DNA of 64,000 nt from Flaccisagitta enflata (GCA_965153355.1 OZ231126.1:37262001-37326000); one strand, 5' to 3'. Positions 1 through 14,454 are shown, counted from the first letter of the stretch. The notes: a model not told the origin generated them from the letters alone. A program made the numbers and translations.

Positions 1-16
1 AACCTTTTATCTGCTT

Positions 17-790
17 CAGCAATACTCCAGCTCCCGCTAGTGCCTCTCCCGCTGCCCCTGCTTAGCTTATTCCCTTACTAATGGTGCTGCTCCCACTAAT
101 TCCTCTCCCGCTGCTCCTGCTCCCGTAGCTCCCGTTTGAATAGCTCCCGCTCCCGCAACTCCTGCTCCATCAACTCCCGATCCCGCAACTCCCGCCTCCG
201 CTCCCTCCCCTCAGGCACCTGCAACTCCCGCAGTCACAACTTCCGCTTCCGTAACTCCCGCTCCCGCTCCTCCTGCTCCTCTCGCTCCAGTACCTCCCGC
301 TCCTCCCGCTCCCGCTCCTCCCACATCTGCTCCTCCCTCTCCCGCTCCTCCCGCTCCCGCAACTCCTGCTCCTGCTGCTCCCGCACCCGCAACTCCCGCT
401 CCTGCTCCTCTAGCTCCTTTACCTTCTGCTCCTCCCGCTCCCGCTCCCGCTCCTCCCGCTCCTGCAACTCCCGCTCCTGCAACTCCCACTCCTGCTCCTC
501 CCTCTCCCGCTCCCGCTCCTCCCGCTCCTGCAACTACCACTCCTCCCTCTCCCGCTCCTCCAACTCCCGCTCCTCCTGCTCCTCTTGCTCTGGTACTTCC
601 CGCTCATCCCGCTCCCGCTCCTCCCGCTCCAGAAACTCCTGCTCCGGTATCTCCCACTCCCGCTCCTCCCGCTCCCGCTCCTCCCGCTCCAGAAACTCCT
701 GCTCCGGTATCTCCCAATCCCGCTCTTCCCAATCCCGCAACTCCCACTACCCCCGCTTTAGCCAACCCCAACTCCCGCTTCCGCAACTAC
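17..790 (+). repeat. C-rich (CTCCCG/CTCCTG/CAACTCCCG) minisatellite element; inverted sister copy at 5290-5886
   Basis: Degenerate tandem CTCCCG-type units. The left flank gcaatactccagctcccgctag resembles the reverse complement of ctagcgggagtagcatattgc at ~5866-5886. Confidence 0.8.
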
Positions 791-1037
791 CATCTGATCG
801 TGGGCTTTTTCGCACAATTTAGACGATTGCCTTTTGGAATTTACACCAACTCTCAAACAACTACGTATTTCAGGGCAGAGGAGAGGCACAGTTGATAATC
901 ATATCCACAATTTTTATCAGACGCAAAAAAAAACAACAAAATAAATCGATTATTATTTGTCAATTTCCAAATTCATATGAAAGTTGAAACAACATTGCCC
1001 TTATAAAAGGAGGCCAGAATTCTCCAATTACAAAAAG

Positions 1038-1146
<109 letters not shown>

Positions 1147-1748
1147 CACGTGCGCATTACGCCGATTGCATCCCGGGACTTTGCTGAATTGCTCTTATGC
1201 GCCCCCTACATAATATGACACTTGCAATTTCGTTTCAAATGAGCCAATGCGCAGCTCTCAAGCTTGATGGGAATATGTCAAAAACTCAAGGACTGACTTC
1301 AACTTATTTCCTGACAAGCATATAAAGTACATGTGTGGAGCTTGGCCATTATAACAAGTGATGCGGGTTCACAATATTGTTGCGGATGTGTGGGCAGGGG
1401 CACCCAACCCCCATCCACATCCAACGCCCCTTCCAACCCCCCTTCCAACACACACACATGCACAAAAAGCTTCTACAACACTCGTTTTCCCACTTTTCAA
1501 CTCAATCACCTCTACAGATTGACGGACCGACAAACCAACTGACGGACGGACAAAGCCTCTTATAGAGTTGCGTGTCCGCAACTAAAGAGAAAACAAAAAA
1601 ATCAAACTATCAATTGTCAACCACCTCATCGAAAGACATGTTGTAAATCGTTTGCGTCAGTGTTACGCATTTCACATGTTTGATTTTCATGCATTCAAGA
1701 AAACATGGCACGGTTTATTTTACAGCGTTTTTCAGCGTCATGGGAAAA

Positions 1749-2126
1749 AACAAGGCCAACACCTATAAGTCGCGTGCGACACTTTCTGACTTAGAATAAA
1801 TTAGAATGCCTGTAAGAATGACTTAAAATGACTTTGAATGACCTAACATGACTTAAAATGACCAACAAGGACTTAAAATGATGGAATGACCTAATGACCA
1901 AAAATGACTTAAAGTGACTTAGAGTGACTTAAAATGACTTAAAATGACTTAGAATGACCTAGAATGACTTAAAATGCCTTAAAATTATTTAGAATGACTA
2001 AAAGTAACTTAAAGAAATAAAAGTGATAAAAAAAGTAAAGTGTGACCGACCGACCAACCGACCGACCGACCGACCGACCGACCGACGGACAAAGCGGGTT
2101 GTAGAGTCGCGTGCACGCGACTAAAA
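1749..2126 (-). mobile_element. Non-autonomous Helentron/DINE-like element, family B, with internal 10-bp satellite
   Basis: Terminal palindrome gtcgcgtgcacgcgac, (GACC)n tract, tandem aatgacttag units, other end aacaaggccaacacc. Same family at 8391-8594, 18150-18510, 35161-35408 and 35839-35942. Confidence 0.7.
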
Positions 2127-2609
2127 ATCTGAAACCAGATTTGGATTCCCCAGGCAATATTTTATACGGTAATCCTGACGCCTTCGATTTACCATGCGGT
2201 TTGGAGACACGAACAATGATTTTCCGACTACAACTCCTTATTTTTTGTTTTACATCAAATTTCACGGAAAAAAAAAACATGATGCTGGTCATTCTGATCA
2301 AATATCTAGCAGATTATGACTAAATATTTGTATATGAGATGAATTTCAAGCAGCGACTATGCTGTTTGTCGCGGTTTGCAAATTCTGACACTTTTTTTTT
2401 GCACCTAAATCTCCTTGATTTCCCGCTCGCTTCTTGCCTATCTTTAGTTACCGACTCGCATCTCTATAAGAGGCTTTGTCCGTCTGTCTATCCTTGGGTC
2501 CGTCTGTTCATTGGTCCATAGAGGTGATCAAGTCAAATTACCGGCCTGAATATAATTGAGTCCCCCCCCCTCTGGTAAGTTTGGAGATGGGGAAGGAAAT
2601 CAAAGGGGA

Positions 2610-3420
2610 ATAGCAGCCCAAAGGCAGTAAGTGGTCAGCGGTACCCGTGCCCTGCTTGAGTAGGAAGTGATGAAGGTTGAGAGGGAGCAGGGCAGCGGCC
2701 CCAAAGGGGACAAAGTCCTGTAGAACACAGGGGGAATCTGTCTGTCCGTCCGTCCATCCGTTCGTCCGTCCGTCCGTCCTGTTTGCCTTCCTTCTGTCCA
2801 GGATGCCCTGTTATTCAAATTTTCATTGAATATCAAGGAGAACTGACAAAAGGCAGAATATGGACAATGGTACCCTTGCCATTTTTGTATAGTTTGTAGA
2901 TTAAGTTGAGGCAGGAGCAGGCTAGGATCTGGGTCTCTGAGGCCAGAATCTGGGTCTCAGAGGCAAGGATTTCAGTTTCTGAGGTCTGGATTTGGTCCTC
3001 TGAGGCTAGGATTTAGGTCTTTTAGGCCAGCACCTAGGTCTTGGAGGTCAGAATCTGGGTCCCAAAGGTCAGGATCTGGGTCTCTAAGGCTTGGATGTGG
3101 GTTTTTGGAGCCAGAATCTAAGTTTAAGGGGCCAAGATGATAGAACTCAGGCCAGAATTCAGGTTTTCTAGCCAGATAAGGCCCATTTTACCTGGTCTTA
3201 GGCCATTCTGCCTGGATTTGGCTAATTTTGGGCAGATTTGGACCATTTTGCTCGGATATGGGCCATACAGTTTGGATTTGGGCCCCAAAGGAGACGAAGC
3301 CGAGGGTGGGGTGGGGGGGGGGGGGGGACGGACGGACGTACGGACGGACGGACGGACGGACGGACAGATTCCCCCTGTGTTCTACAGGACTTCGTCCCCT
3401 TCGGGGCCGCTGCCCAAAAA
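2610..3420. mobile_element. Dispersed inverted-repeat element, family C, with 21-bp internal minisatellite
   Basis: gggcagcggcccc...gtcctgtagaacacagggggaatctgt (~2690-2742) is inverted at ~3364-3415. Also (GTCC)n and tandem gaggccagaatctgggtctct units. Copies at ~33.4-34.0 kb, 41995-42575, 48558-49104 and 58219-59380. Confidence 0.7.
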
Positions 3421-4466
3421 AGAGAAAAAAAGAAAATTGGGGAAAAATATAACTTGTGGCAGTACCAAATCATAAATACTGATTATTAAAACACAATTTA
3501 GCAACATTCAAACCTTAACTACACTGTTTTACTGCCTTAGGGGGAAGAAAATTATAGATTTTCAAACATGATGCGATGCTTCACGGGGAAGAAAATCAAA
3601 GGGGGGGGAATCATAAGTGACTCAATCTTATACACCCCTGAGTCAAAAAGTAAAAAAATGAGCATTCTGGATACATTTTGAGCATGTTTGTTTATGGAGC
3701 TGGGTTTGGAGTGTGGATGAGGGTTGGATGCCCCTGCCCACCCATCCGCAACAATATTGGGAACCCGTGTCACTTGTTACATAGCGATTGCGAAACTCAA
3801 ATGGACCATGTCTTCACTCAGAGTAATGCCATTTCTAAAACAAACAAGGTCGGATACATCGCTACTCCAGTCGTGTGCGGGTGGGTAGGGGCCACACTTG
3901 AGGCCACGAGGCCATTTGGGCAGGGGCAGTGAGGTCATATTACAAGATTCATAAAAAGTAAAATGTGAATGACAGACTTACAGACTCTGATCGACCAATG
4001 GACAAAGCGGGGTGTAGATTTGCGTAGCAAGCGACTAAATAAAAAGGTCGGATACACGTCTATGGGCGGTCTACCCCAGTTACATGCAGATGGGCGGGGG
4101 CTATAATAAAGTTCACTAGGCAGGAGCAGTGAGGTAAAAAACTAAAATTCATGAATAAAGTAAAAGTGTTACTGACAGAACAACAAACTGACCAACTGAC
4201 CAACCAATGGAAGGACGGACAAAGTTTTTCTAAAATTCATAGGCAAAATTAGCCTTTCAAAAGAGTTTCTTTTTTGTTTTTTGTTTATTTTTGTTTATTT
4301 TTAGTTATATGGCAAGTTACGAGAAATACTAAAATTTCTAGTGGTGAAAGACTGACACCATGAGGGAACTTCAACGCCATGTATCTTCAATTCTCACGAA
4401 ATGACTAAATTTCTTTGTTTTCCTTTCCCTCTCTGCATACCATTACCTCATCTTTCCTTTGATTTT

Positions 4467-4722
4467 CTTTTGTTTGTTTGTTTGTTTGTTTGTTTGTTTG
4501 TTTGTTTGTTTGTTTGTTTGTTTGTTTTGTTTGTTTGTTTGTTTGTTTCTTTTTTCTTTCTTTCTTTCTTTCTTTTTTTCCTTTTTCCTTTTTTCTTTTT
4601 TTTTTCTTTTTTTTCTTTTTTTTCTTTTTTTTTCTTTTTCTTTTTTCTTTTTTTTTCTTTTTTTTTCTTTTTTCTTTTTCTTTTCTTTTTTTTCTTCTTT
4701 CTTTTTCTTTTTTCTTTTCTTT

Positions 4723-4812
<90 letters not shown>

Positions 4813-4835
4813 TCGTTCTTTCTTTCTTTCTTTCT
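4467..4835. repeat. Compound (TTTG)n/poly-T/(TTTC)n microsatellite
   Basis: Direct reading; explains the Phe/Leu- and Lys/Glu-rich ORFs. Confidence 0.97.
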
Positions 4836-5289
4836 GTTTTCCATTTCTTCTTCCTAGTTTTTTCCCCGTTTCCCTTCTTTGTCTTCCTTTCTCTCTTTTT
4901 TTCTTTCCATTGTTTTCCTTTTTTCATCATTTCCATCTTTCGTCCTTCACCTTATCCTTTTCTCTCTCTTCCTATTTTCCTTGTTCTCTCTGTTTGTTTC
5001 TTTGTTTTTTTTTTCTCTTTTTTTTTTTGTGTCGTTTCTCATTTTCTTCTTTTTTTTCTTTCTCTTTTTAGTTGCGGACATGCAACTCTATAAGAGGCTT
5101 TGTCCATCCGTCCGTCTGTCCATCCGTCCGTTGGTCCGTTGGTCCGTCGGTCCGTCAGCACCAGTCGAAAAGTGGGAAAACCAGCGTTCTAGAACATTTT
5201 TAGTTGCAAACAGTTGCATTTCCGCCCCTGCCCACCCGTCCGCAAATGATGGTCGTGTATCCGGCCTTCTTTGATTTTACAAAAGTTTG

Positions 5290-5886
5290 GGAAGCGGGAA
5301 ATGCGGGAGCGGGAGTTGCGGAAGCGGGAGTTGCGGGTGCGAGAGAAGCGGGAGCGGGAGTTGCGGAAGCGGGAGGAGCGGGAGTTGCGGGAGCGGGAGG
5401 AGCGGGAGTTGCGGGAGCGGGAGGAGCGGGAGTTGCGGGAGCGGGAGGAGAGGGAGCGGGAGGAGCGGGAATTGCAGGAGCAGGAGGAGCGGGAGTTGCG
5501 GGAGCGGGAGTTGCGGGAGCGGGAGGACCGGGAGTTGCGGGAGCGGGAGGACCGGGAGTTACGGGAGCGGGAGGGGCGGGAGGAGCGGGATTGGCGGAAA
5601 AGCCGGATGGGCGGAATAGCGGGAGGGCAGGAGTAGCAGCAGTGGGGGAGAGCAGGATTGGCGGAAGAGTTGGAGAGTGGGAGAGGTTGAAGATTGGGAG
5701 TAGCAGGAAAGAGGAAGTTGCAGAAGAAGCGGGAATTACAGAAGAGGAGTCTGGGGAGTGGCAAGAGAGAAGTTGGAGGAAATAAGTGGAGACGAATGGA
5801 CTAAGTGCCGGGAAGAAAGGAGTCGGAAGCCAGAAGTGGCTGGAGAGATAGCCGGGAGTGAAAGTCTAGCGGGAGTAGCATATTGC
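5290..5886 (-). repeat. G-rich (GCGGGAG) minisatellite element, inverted copy of 17-790
   Basis: Tandem gcgggagcgggaggagcgggagtt units, the reverse complement of the 17-790 array. Confidence 0.8.
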
Positions 5887-6654
5887 CGCATTGATTACAC
5901 CTAAAAATTTGGGTAGGCCACAAACTGACCAAGGGTGAAATGTAAGCTGTTGGTAAAACAAAAAAGCTATTTCTTAGAGATGGTTTATATCTACACAAAT
6001 CATCTTCACAATCCATCTTGATATCTTACAGCCAAAGAGAGCGCTTCCGCGGCTTCGCCAGACATTTATTTGCATCGCCAAGTCGACTAGCTACTCAGTA
6101 GCAGCTTTGGTAACAATTAATGTTTACTCAGCCCATTGGGCCTGCCCAAGGATCCAAGCTTGTCCACGCAGTACCTCATATCTCAGCGAACGAGTGGATT
6201 TTAACGCTCAAAAATTTCACAAGGTTTTAGTTCTGTTGGAACTTGATTTATCTCTTCCACGTAAAGTTTCATTTCCTGACTAATGCAATTTATATTTATT
6301 CTGATCAACCTAAACAGTTTCATATCCCAAGAATCTCTCATTCATTTTCTTCGCAATCCTTATCTCTTGAACTTTGAGGGGATGATTTCAGAAAGAACAT
6401 ACAATGTAACTTAAAAGACGTAGCGCCAAAATCCTGCAATATGCAAATTAGATAATGAACGTTGGGTTATTTCAAACACAGCAGTAATGCTGTCTAATTT
6501 TCATAGCGTAAAAGGAGGAAAAAAGGCACTGTTGCAGATATATGGCCTTTATTGTTCCATTCATATGCGTCCAGAAGTTTAGTGGCGCGCTACCCGACTC
6601 TTTATCACACTTTGTCTTTCTGTCCCTCGATCAGTCGGTCACATTTGGCCTCAC

Positions 6655-6815
6655 CCGATGTTCCGGAGGCACCGGAAATGCCGGAAGCCGCGGAGGAGCC
6701 GGAAGAGGCGTGACTGGCCGCGATGGATCCGCCGCCGAGGGAAAAAGTCGATCCCGAACTGCCCATCAAAGAACCGCGACTTCGCTTCACCTCCGCACGA
6801 TCCAAAGACAAGGAT
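6655..6815 (-). CDS. Gene A exon 9 (SLSLDRAEVKRSRGSLMGSSGSTF...SGTS), Ser/Gly-rich
   Basis: Acceptor cttattctccattttcag, donor gtgagg; phase 2->1 matches the preceding exon. Confidence 0.6.
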
Positions 6816-8733
6816 CTGAAAATGGAGAATAAGAGAAGATTTGGTGAGGTAAGAAAGGGAGTAGGAACCACAACTAAACTTCACTTCCGCACGATCCAAG
6901 GACAAAGATCTGAAAATGGAGCATAAGAGAAGATTTCATAGGTAAAGTAAGAAAGGGAGTAGGAACCACAACTTAACTTCACTTCCGCACCATCAAAGGA
7001 TCTGAAATGGAGAATAGGAGGAAGCTCGATGAGGTGAGGTTGGGAATAGCAAGGCCGGATAGACGTCGCGTACGGGTGGAGCAGGGGCAGTGATAAAGTA
7101 GGTTAACTAAGCATTTGGGTAGGGGCAGAGATGAAAGAGATGCATAGTCGTTTGTTGAGAAAATTGCGACCGCATTTTTCGAGCTAAGCGTAAGGGCAGT
7201 GATCTGAAAACTGAAAAGGGGAATAAAGGAAAGTTAGATAAGATAAGGTCGAGAGTGGGAAAGCCCGATGAAGAATTGCGATGACGCTTCACTTTAGGTC
7301 AATGATCTGGAATGGAGAAAGAGAGAGTTATAGGTTATGATGGAAGCCAAAAGACCATTTATCTTGATCTCCTGAGGTGATCAATTCAAATTTTTACGGC
7401 AAGTCATAACGTTAACATTCAACTAGATCGTACATAACTAGTTACTGCCGACTTATTCCTCACGATTTGTAACTAAGAGTGACCAATCAACAACAAGCTG
7501 TTGGACCAACCATCCAATTGATAAACAGCGACGCGTCATTCAGACAAAATTAATGATATTCTTTTCTCAGCGCTAAAGAAAATATTTTCATTCATAACGG
7601 GTACTATGGTACGAAAAAAAGCCCTCATCGGCAAGAACAAAAGCTCTCCTTCTTTATCACCACGCATTTGTAACTTCTTTGAAAAAAAAAATAACAAAAA
7701 GAAATAAAAATCAATTTTGTTTAAGTGAGTTTTGCCAACTTGGTTCATTAATCACGATTCATAAAAACCTCGAGTTAATGATTTGCGTGTTTTTTGGTTC
7801 AAGACTCGAATGTCACAATCTCAGCGGGGTGACCGTAATCACGAAATTGATAATGAATATGATAATAGATTTTTTCCGTGTCTGAATGAAAAACGAAGCT
7901 TTCAGTCTGGGTAAGTTCACCAGCGGGTTTACATTTGTATAATTGTATGATTGGACTACCTTTTTAGCTTGTTTCTTTTATTATTTTTTTAGTCTAAGTT
8001 TTTTACAGGTGTTCCTCTTTTTGTGAATCAATCCCATTATGCACATCTCTGCTAGTTATCTATGAAAGTTGGACAACATGCGTCAAAAGTTCTTCAACAT
8101 TATTGACTCTTCACCAAAGTCAATACTTTGCTGACCAGTTGATTTTGAGTAAAGGAATTGGTTGTCGATCCTAATGCTTGTACTTATCATCGTCAGAGTG
8201 GATGCACCCACTCCTTTCGCCAGTTTTCCCGTCATTTCTTTTATTTGAGGGGTTTCATCCCAACTCTCTAAGCACATCCCTCTTTAAGAACAATTTTTTG
8301 TACTGTATTCGTATGAAAATCAAGATAAACCACCTCCGAAGTGAATGCACCCCGTTTTTGCTGTCTGTTTCCCAAACTGTTTCTCTTTATTTTTAGTCGC
8401 GTGCACGCGACTCTACACCCCGCTTTGTCCGTCCATCCGTTGGTCTGTCTGTTGGTCACACTTTTGTTTTTTTTTTATCAATTTTTTTCCACAAAGTCAT
8501 TTAAGGTCATTTAAGGGTATACTAAGTCATATTAGTCATTCTAAGTCATTCTAAATGTATGTCTCGCACGATACTTATAGGTGTTGGCCTTGTTTTTTGA
8601 GTCTCGGTTTCATCGTCTCCACTCTCCAGGCGCGTCCCTCGATGCCTGCCAAACACGCCGACGACTCGATGAGAGTCAAATCTCATTTAGAACCGAGAAA
8701 AAGTGAGAGTTGAGAAGAGGCCGACAAAGGAAA

Positions 8734-9660
<927 letters not shown>

Positions 9661-10849
9661 GAAACAGAGATATTTAGGGAAAGGGGAATGAACTGGATCT
9701 CGGGTGAAAACCCGGGGACGTCGATGAAGGAGTCGGTTAATGGATTTCCGTTTTGATATCGTGAGAGTCTCTATTTTTAAAGCAGTTAAATCAGCCGCCG
9801 TCGTCGCTCATTTGATCATTCAACCTTCAATCATTCATCCATCACTCATTGGCTGGAAATTCGTTCAGTTGCTACCAGGTCTTTCACTCTCTCGTATGGT
9901 CCCAGTCACCACTCACTCATCATTGACATTTTTTCCTTGGCTCATTCACTAAATCACACAATCATTCATTAATTCCTTCGCTTCATGTTACGCTTTCTTA
10001 ATGTTCATTATATGTACTCATTCATTGTATTCATTCATTATTCAATTCCTGTGCTTACGTATTAATTCATTCATTCATCAATTCATTTTTCTATTCATTG
10101 ATTGATTGATTGATTGATTGATTCAATCATTCATTCTTGCCCTGATTCATCTAGTCATTCACACTTCACTTATTTGAATATACATATAATGTACGTACAA
10201 CTTGCCAATTTACCGCAATCGTTCACTCGCCTCAAAATTTGCTCATTCTTCGCTGAGCAGCTTCTTCGGGATGACCTCGCATGTTATCCAATTTCATACT
10301 TTTCCAGGTCAAAAAAGACGCGGAAGGAATGATTTTGGAGTGTATCATGTTATTAACTACATGTAAGTCAAAATGGGTTCGATTCGTTTCGTTCCCATCT
10401 TCCGTTCGAGATTAAAGTGACTTAGTTTTTTATTTATCTTCTGTTGAATTTGTAAGTGTGCGAAAGTTAATGATAAATATGTTGTTGTCAGGAGTGCACT
10501 AGTAAATTATGTACTCATCCACCAAGATATAATGAATCGTGGATGATGAATTATGGATTTCTAGCCACGTAGAATGATAGCATATAGCCGAATGTAAATG
10601 AAATTCTTTTCAAAACTCTTCCCTCTCCTTTTTTCGCTTTTAACAACCGTCAAGGTCAGTATCATCATCATTCATGCAATCACAACATACCCCAATATTC
10701 ATCATCTGTTCTACACTTTTGTCACTATCACTATCAGTGGCCCTGTCAGATGTCGTGCACACCTTACCTATCTCCTGTTCTTATCAGATGGATAAAACCC
10801 TATAAAATCTTTTAAATGATATACTATAGATATCAACGGCGGTGGTCAC

Positions 10850-10964
10850 CTGGTGGAGCCGAAAAAGTCCTGAGCGGCGAGAAATCCCGAAACACGTTGC
10901 GATGAGTGACTTCGTAGGCGAGATTCGCGAGGATGATGAGATGGATTGTGACCGTGAGCGCCGC
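10850..10964 (-). CDS. Gene A exon 8 (GAHGHNPSHHPRESRLRSHSSQRVSGFLAAQDFFGST)
   Basis: Acceptor tttggatgttag, donor cag|gtgacc; 115 nt, phase 1->2. Confidence 0.55.
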
Positions 10965-11312
10965 CTAACATCCAAACGGACAAATATAAATTTAGTTATG
11001 GCCAAATAATGATGAGATGGATTGTGACCGTGAGCGCCGCCTAACACCCAAACGGACAAATATAAATCTAGTTATGGCCAAATAATAATGAGATGGAGTG
11101 TGACCGTGAGCACCGCCTAACATCCAAACGGACAAATATAAATTTAGTTATGGCCAAATAATGATGAGATGGATTGTGACCGTGAGCGCCGCCTAACATC
11201 CAAACGGACAAATATAAATCTAGTTATGGCCAAATAATAATGAGATGGAGTGTGACCGTGAGCGCCGCCTAACATCCAAACGGACAAATATAAATTTAGT
11301 TATGGCCAAATA
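10933..11312. repeat. Tandem repeat, 5 x 76 bp, with alternating variants
   Basis: Units start at 10933, 11009, 11085, 11161 and 11237; near-identical with no unique spacers. Confidence 0.95.
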
Positions 11313-11337
11313 ATTTATTATTGGATGTGTTACTGAC

Positions 11338-11444
11338 CTCTGAGTAAGAGATTGGTTGATCCTGAGGGTCCCCAAACGCCGAAAGCGCCGCGAGAATATC
11401 CGGCCGCGTTTCGAAACGCGCTCTCACCACCACCGTCACTTCCC
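11338..11444 (-). CDS. Gene A exon 7 (GSDGGGESAFRNAAGYSRGAFGVWGPSGSTNLLLR)
   Basis: Acceptor ttgatcctttcag, donor gag|gtcagt; 107 nt, phase 2->1. Confidence 0.6.
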
Positions 11445-11538
11445 CTGAAAGGATCAATGAAAAAATAGACAGCTTTCATGATCTAGTGAATGGATGATCG
11501 AATCTAAACTTTTTTTTTTATAGAATCAAAGTGAAATA

Positions 11539-11734
<196 letters not shown>

Positions 11735-12048
11735 GAATTTAAGGAAAGAATAAAAAAAAAGACTGAAACTGAAAGAGAGATAGGAAGACAGAAAGGATGG
11801 GTGGAAAAAACGGAAAGGAAATAACAGAAAAAAAAAAGATAAGAAGTAACGAAACAACGCTAAGAGATGTCCAATGAGATGCATCCTTTTTAGAAGCAAG
11901 ATAACATAATAGAAGAGATAAAGAATTTGAGAAGAAACCCACAAAATGGTGTGAGAAATTCTCTTGTTACAGACGGACGGACCCTACCACGAACACAGCC
12001 TTTTACAGAGATGCAAGGACGCATCTAAAATGAGCAAAAAAAGGAGGA

Positions 12049-12132
<84 letters not shown>

Positions 12133-12194
12133 AAAAAAGAAAAAAGGAATGAGAGAAAGAGGAGGAATTCAAGGAAGAAAGAAAAAAAGACTGA

Positions 12195-12246
<52 letters not shown>

Positions 12247-12359
12247 ATGGTACAGAAGCAAGAAAGAAAAAGAAGGAAAGAAAGATTAAAAGAAAAAACT
12301 AAAGGAAAAACAAAAGAAAGGAAGGAAAACTGACAAAAACATTGTAATAGGTGTATTAC

Positions 12360-12449
12360 CTGTGATCGTCCTGCTCATCGCTGAGAGTTGTTGACGGGAC
12401 TTCTGACGACGAATCATCCATCGGAACGCAGCCGGGCATTATCGCGTCT
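12360..12449 (-). CDS. Gene A exon 6 (DAIMPGCVPMDDSSSEVPSTTLSDEQDDH)
   Basis: Acceptor tttgcttctgacag, donor cag|gtaata; 90 nt, phase 2->2. Confidence 0.7.
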
Positions 12450-12735
12450 CTGTCAGAAGCAAATGTATGAAACGAAAAAGAAATGTAAGTGACGAAAATA
12501 TGCACAAGCTCAGTACAATTATAAACCATAAATGAAGACGACACACTTAATGGACATTACGGGTCAGCATGCACATTATCGATATTGACATGGGAGGGAT
12601 ATATTTTCTTTTTTCCTTTTTATTTTTGCGGACAGATGAAAAATAAGATGATCTGAATCAGACTGAATATATAACAGGCTATTTAGAATTCATTCCGAAG
12701 AATCATTCTAGAAAAAAAAAGCGAAAAAATCTTAC

Positions 12736-12787
12736 CCGGACATCATGTCCCACCGATTATTCTTCGCCGGGAAATCAGAGCGCAAAT
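12736..12787 (-). CDS. Gene A exon 5 (DLRSDFPAKNNRWDMMS)
   Basis: Acceptor ttttgtcccatccag, donor gg|gtaaga; 52 nt, phase 1->2. Confidence 0.65.
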
Positions 12788-13195
12788 CTGGATGGGACAA
12801 AAATAGAGAAAGGAGTGATCATTAAAATGGTAAAATGATCAATAAAATGATTTCTGTTGTGACAATGATTGATTGATTGAATGATTGATTGATGTTGATT
12901 TAATCATCAAGCCTGATTCGTTGAAACAAGATATTGAAGGATAGAATATCATATGATAGGAATAGCCTATACACTCAGATATTTAACGTGTCGAGTGCAG
13001 ATACTAAACAGAAAAAAAAGGACGACAAATTTAAACAAAAGACCCCTAAGTTAGATGTCGCTCCGTCGGTCTCCAATGTTTCATCAAAAACAAAAGATCT
13101 TTTGTTCTAATTTATGCATTTGAGCTCTTTGACTTTGTAAACAGTATGTGATCCTGTGTTGAAACACACAAAGAGAGGGCTGCGGATTGCGGAGT

Positions 13196-13455
13196 GATGA
13201 ATGAATGAATGAATGAATGAATGAATGAATGAATGAATGAATGAATGAATAAATAAATGGATGAATGTATGTATGAATGAATGAATTAATGAATAAATGA
13301 ATGAATGAATGAATGAATGAATGAATGAATAGATGAATGTATGTATGTATGAATGAATGAATGAATGAATTAAAAATGAATGGATGAAAAAATGAATGAA
13401 TGAACGCATGAATAATGAATGAATGAATGAATGAATGAATGAATGAATGAATGAA
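13196..13455. repeat. (TGAA)n microsatellite
   Basis: Direct reading. Confidence 0.95.
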
Positions 13456-13693
13456 AATGATTCAAGTGTAGAAATAGAACATATGGAAAGGCACTTGCTT
13501 TTTTTCACGGGCATTTGATCTGATTCTATAGCATGCTTTGGCGGTCGGTGGCGTCGGCCCGTCTGCCCGTCTGTCCGGCCATCGTGTCAGTCACTCCATT
13601 CATCTGTTTTTTTTTTTTTTGTTTTTTTTTGCAACACTTTGACGTTTTGGACGGTTTTTGCATTACAGCCCCTGCCCGAGTCCATTAGAAGCC

Positions 13694-13850
13694 TTTTTAG
13701 TTGCGGACACGCAACTCTACAAGAGCCTTTGTCCGTCCGTCGGTCCGTCCGTCCGTCCGTCGGTCCGTGAGCACGAGTCAGAGTGTGAAAACGCGCATTT
13801 CCGCCCCTGTCCACCTGTCCGCAACTGGTGGCCGTGTATCCAGCCTTGTT
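13694..13850 (+). mobile_element. Non-autonomous Helentron/DINE-like element, family A
   Basis: 5' tttttagttgcggacacgcaact, (GTCC)n, subterminal inverted gtccgcaact, 3' end ...gccttgtt. Confidence 0.75.
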
Positions 13851-14110
13851 ATTCACTGTTCCTGCCCAACTGCGCGAAAAGTGCGAAGCTGTTTAACAAG
13901 CGATTTTACAGGAGTAAAAACCGAGTTGTCAACCATGAATATTTCAGAATGCATAAATTGAGAAGATAAATCATAACGCTACACACGACAACATTGAGAG
14001 AGAGATTTTTGCATCCCTTTTAAACCATGGTAAAAATCGAAATTGAGTTGATGGGCCCATTATGCGTCATTTGCATAACCATAAGCGGAATAATTGTCGC
14101 GTTAAACGAC

Positions 14111-14194
14111 CTTGATTTCCAAAGAAAAGACGATGAAATCGGACTGTATCTGCACGGAGCCTGGCAATCATGCGAATCACTTTCGGGTTTGAGA
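14111..14194 (-). CDS. Gene A exon 4 (SNPKVIRMIARLRADTVRFHRLFFGNQ)
   Basis: Acceptor ctggctacag, donor aag|gtcgtt; 84 nt, phase 1->1. Confidence 0.6.
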
Positions 14195-14221
14195 CTGTAG
14201 CCAGCATTATGCTTGATCGCC

Positions 14222-14379
14222 TTTTTAGTTGCGGACACGCAACTCTATAAGAGGCTTTGTCCGTCCGTCGGTTGGTTGGTCGGTCCGTCATGGTGATTGA
14301 GTTGGAAAGTGTGGAAACACGCATTTCCGCCCCTGCCCACCCGTCCGCAACTGGTATTGGCCGTGTATCCGGCCTTGTT
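14222..14379 (+). mobile_element. Non-autonomous Helentron/DINE-like element, family A (clean copy)
   Basis: Subterminal IR agttgcggac/gtccgcaact, 3' stem-loop ggccg-tgtatc-cggcc, T-run insertion. Similar copies at 5066-5270, 39221-39373(-), 43623-43793, 48023-48185, 53380-53585 and 56206-56378(-). Confidence 0.8.
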
Positions 14380-14454
14380 ATTTTCCTGTTCAATGATTTC
14401 TTCATTCGCTCAATCACTTTTTCATTCGGTCAATCACTTATTCATTCATCCTTA

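Noticed and set aside
136-822. 228-aa Ser/Arg-rich ORF (and 5189-5785 Gly/Ala or Glu/Arg ORFs)
   Set aside because: Translations of a GC-rich minisatellite, open in several frames on both strands.
6030-6086. Possible further gene A exon (VDLAMQINVWRSRGSALFG)
   Set aside because: Phase-compatible with a good donor but no pyrimidine tract; too weak to list as a feature.
10933-11312. CRISPR-like regularly spaced repeats
   Set aside because: Units are contiguous near-identical 76-mers with no unique spacers, no cas genes, and the context is eukaryotic.
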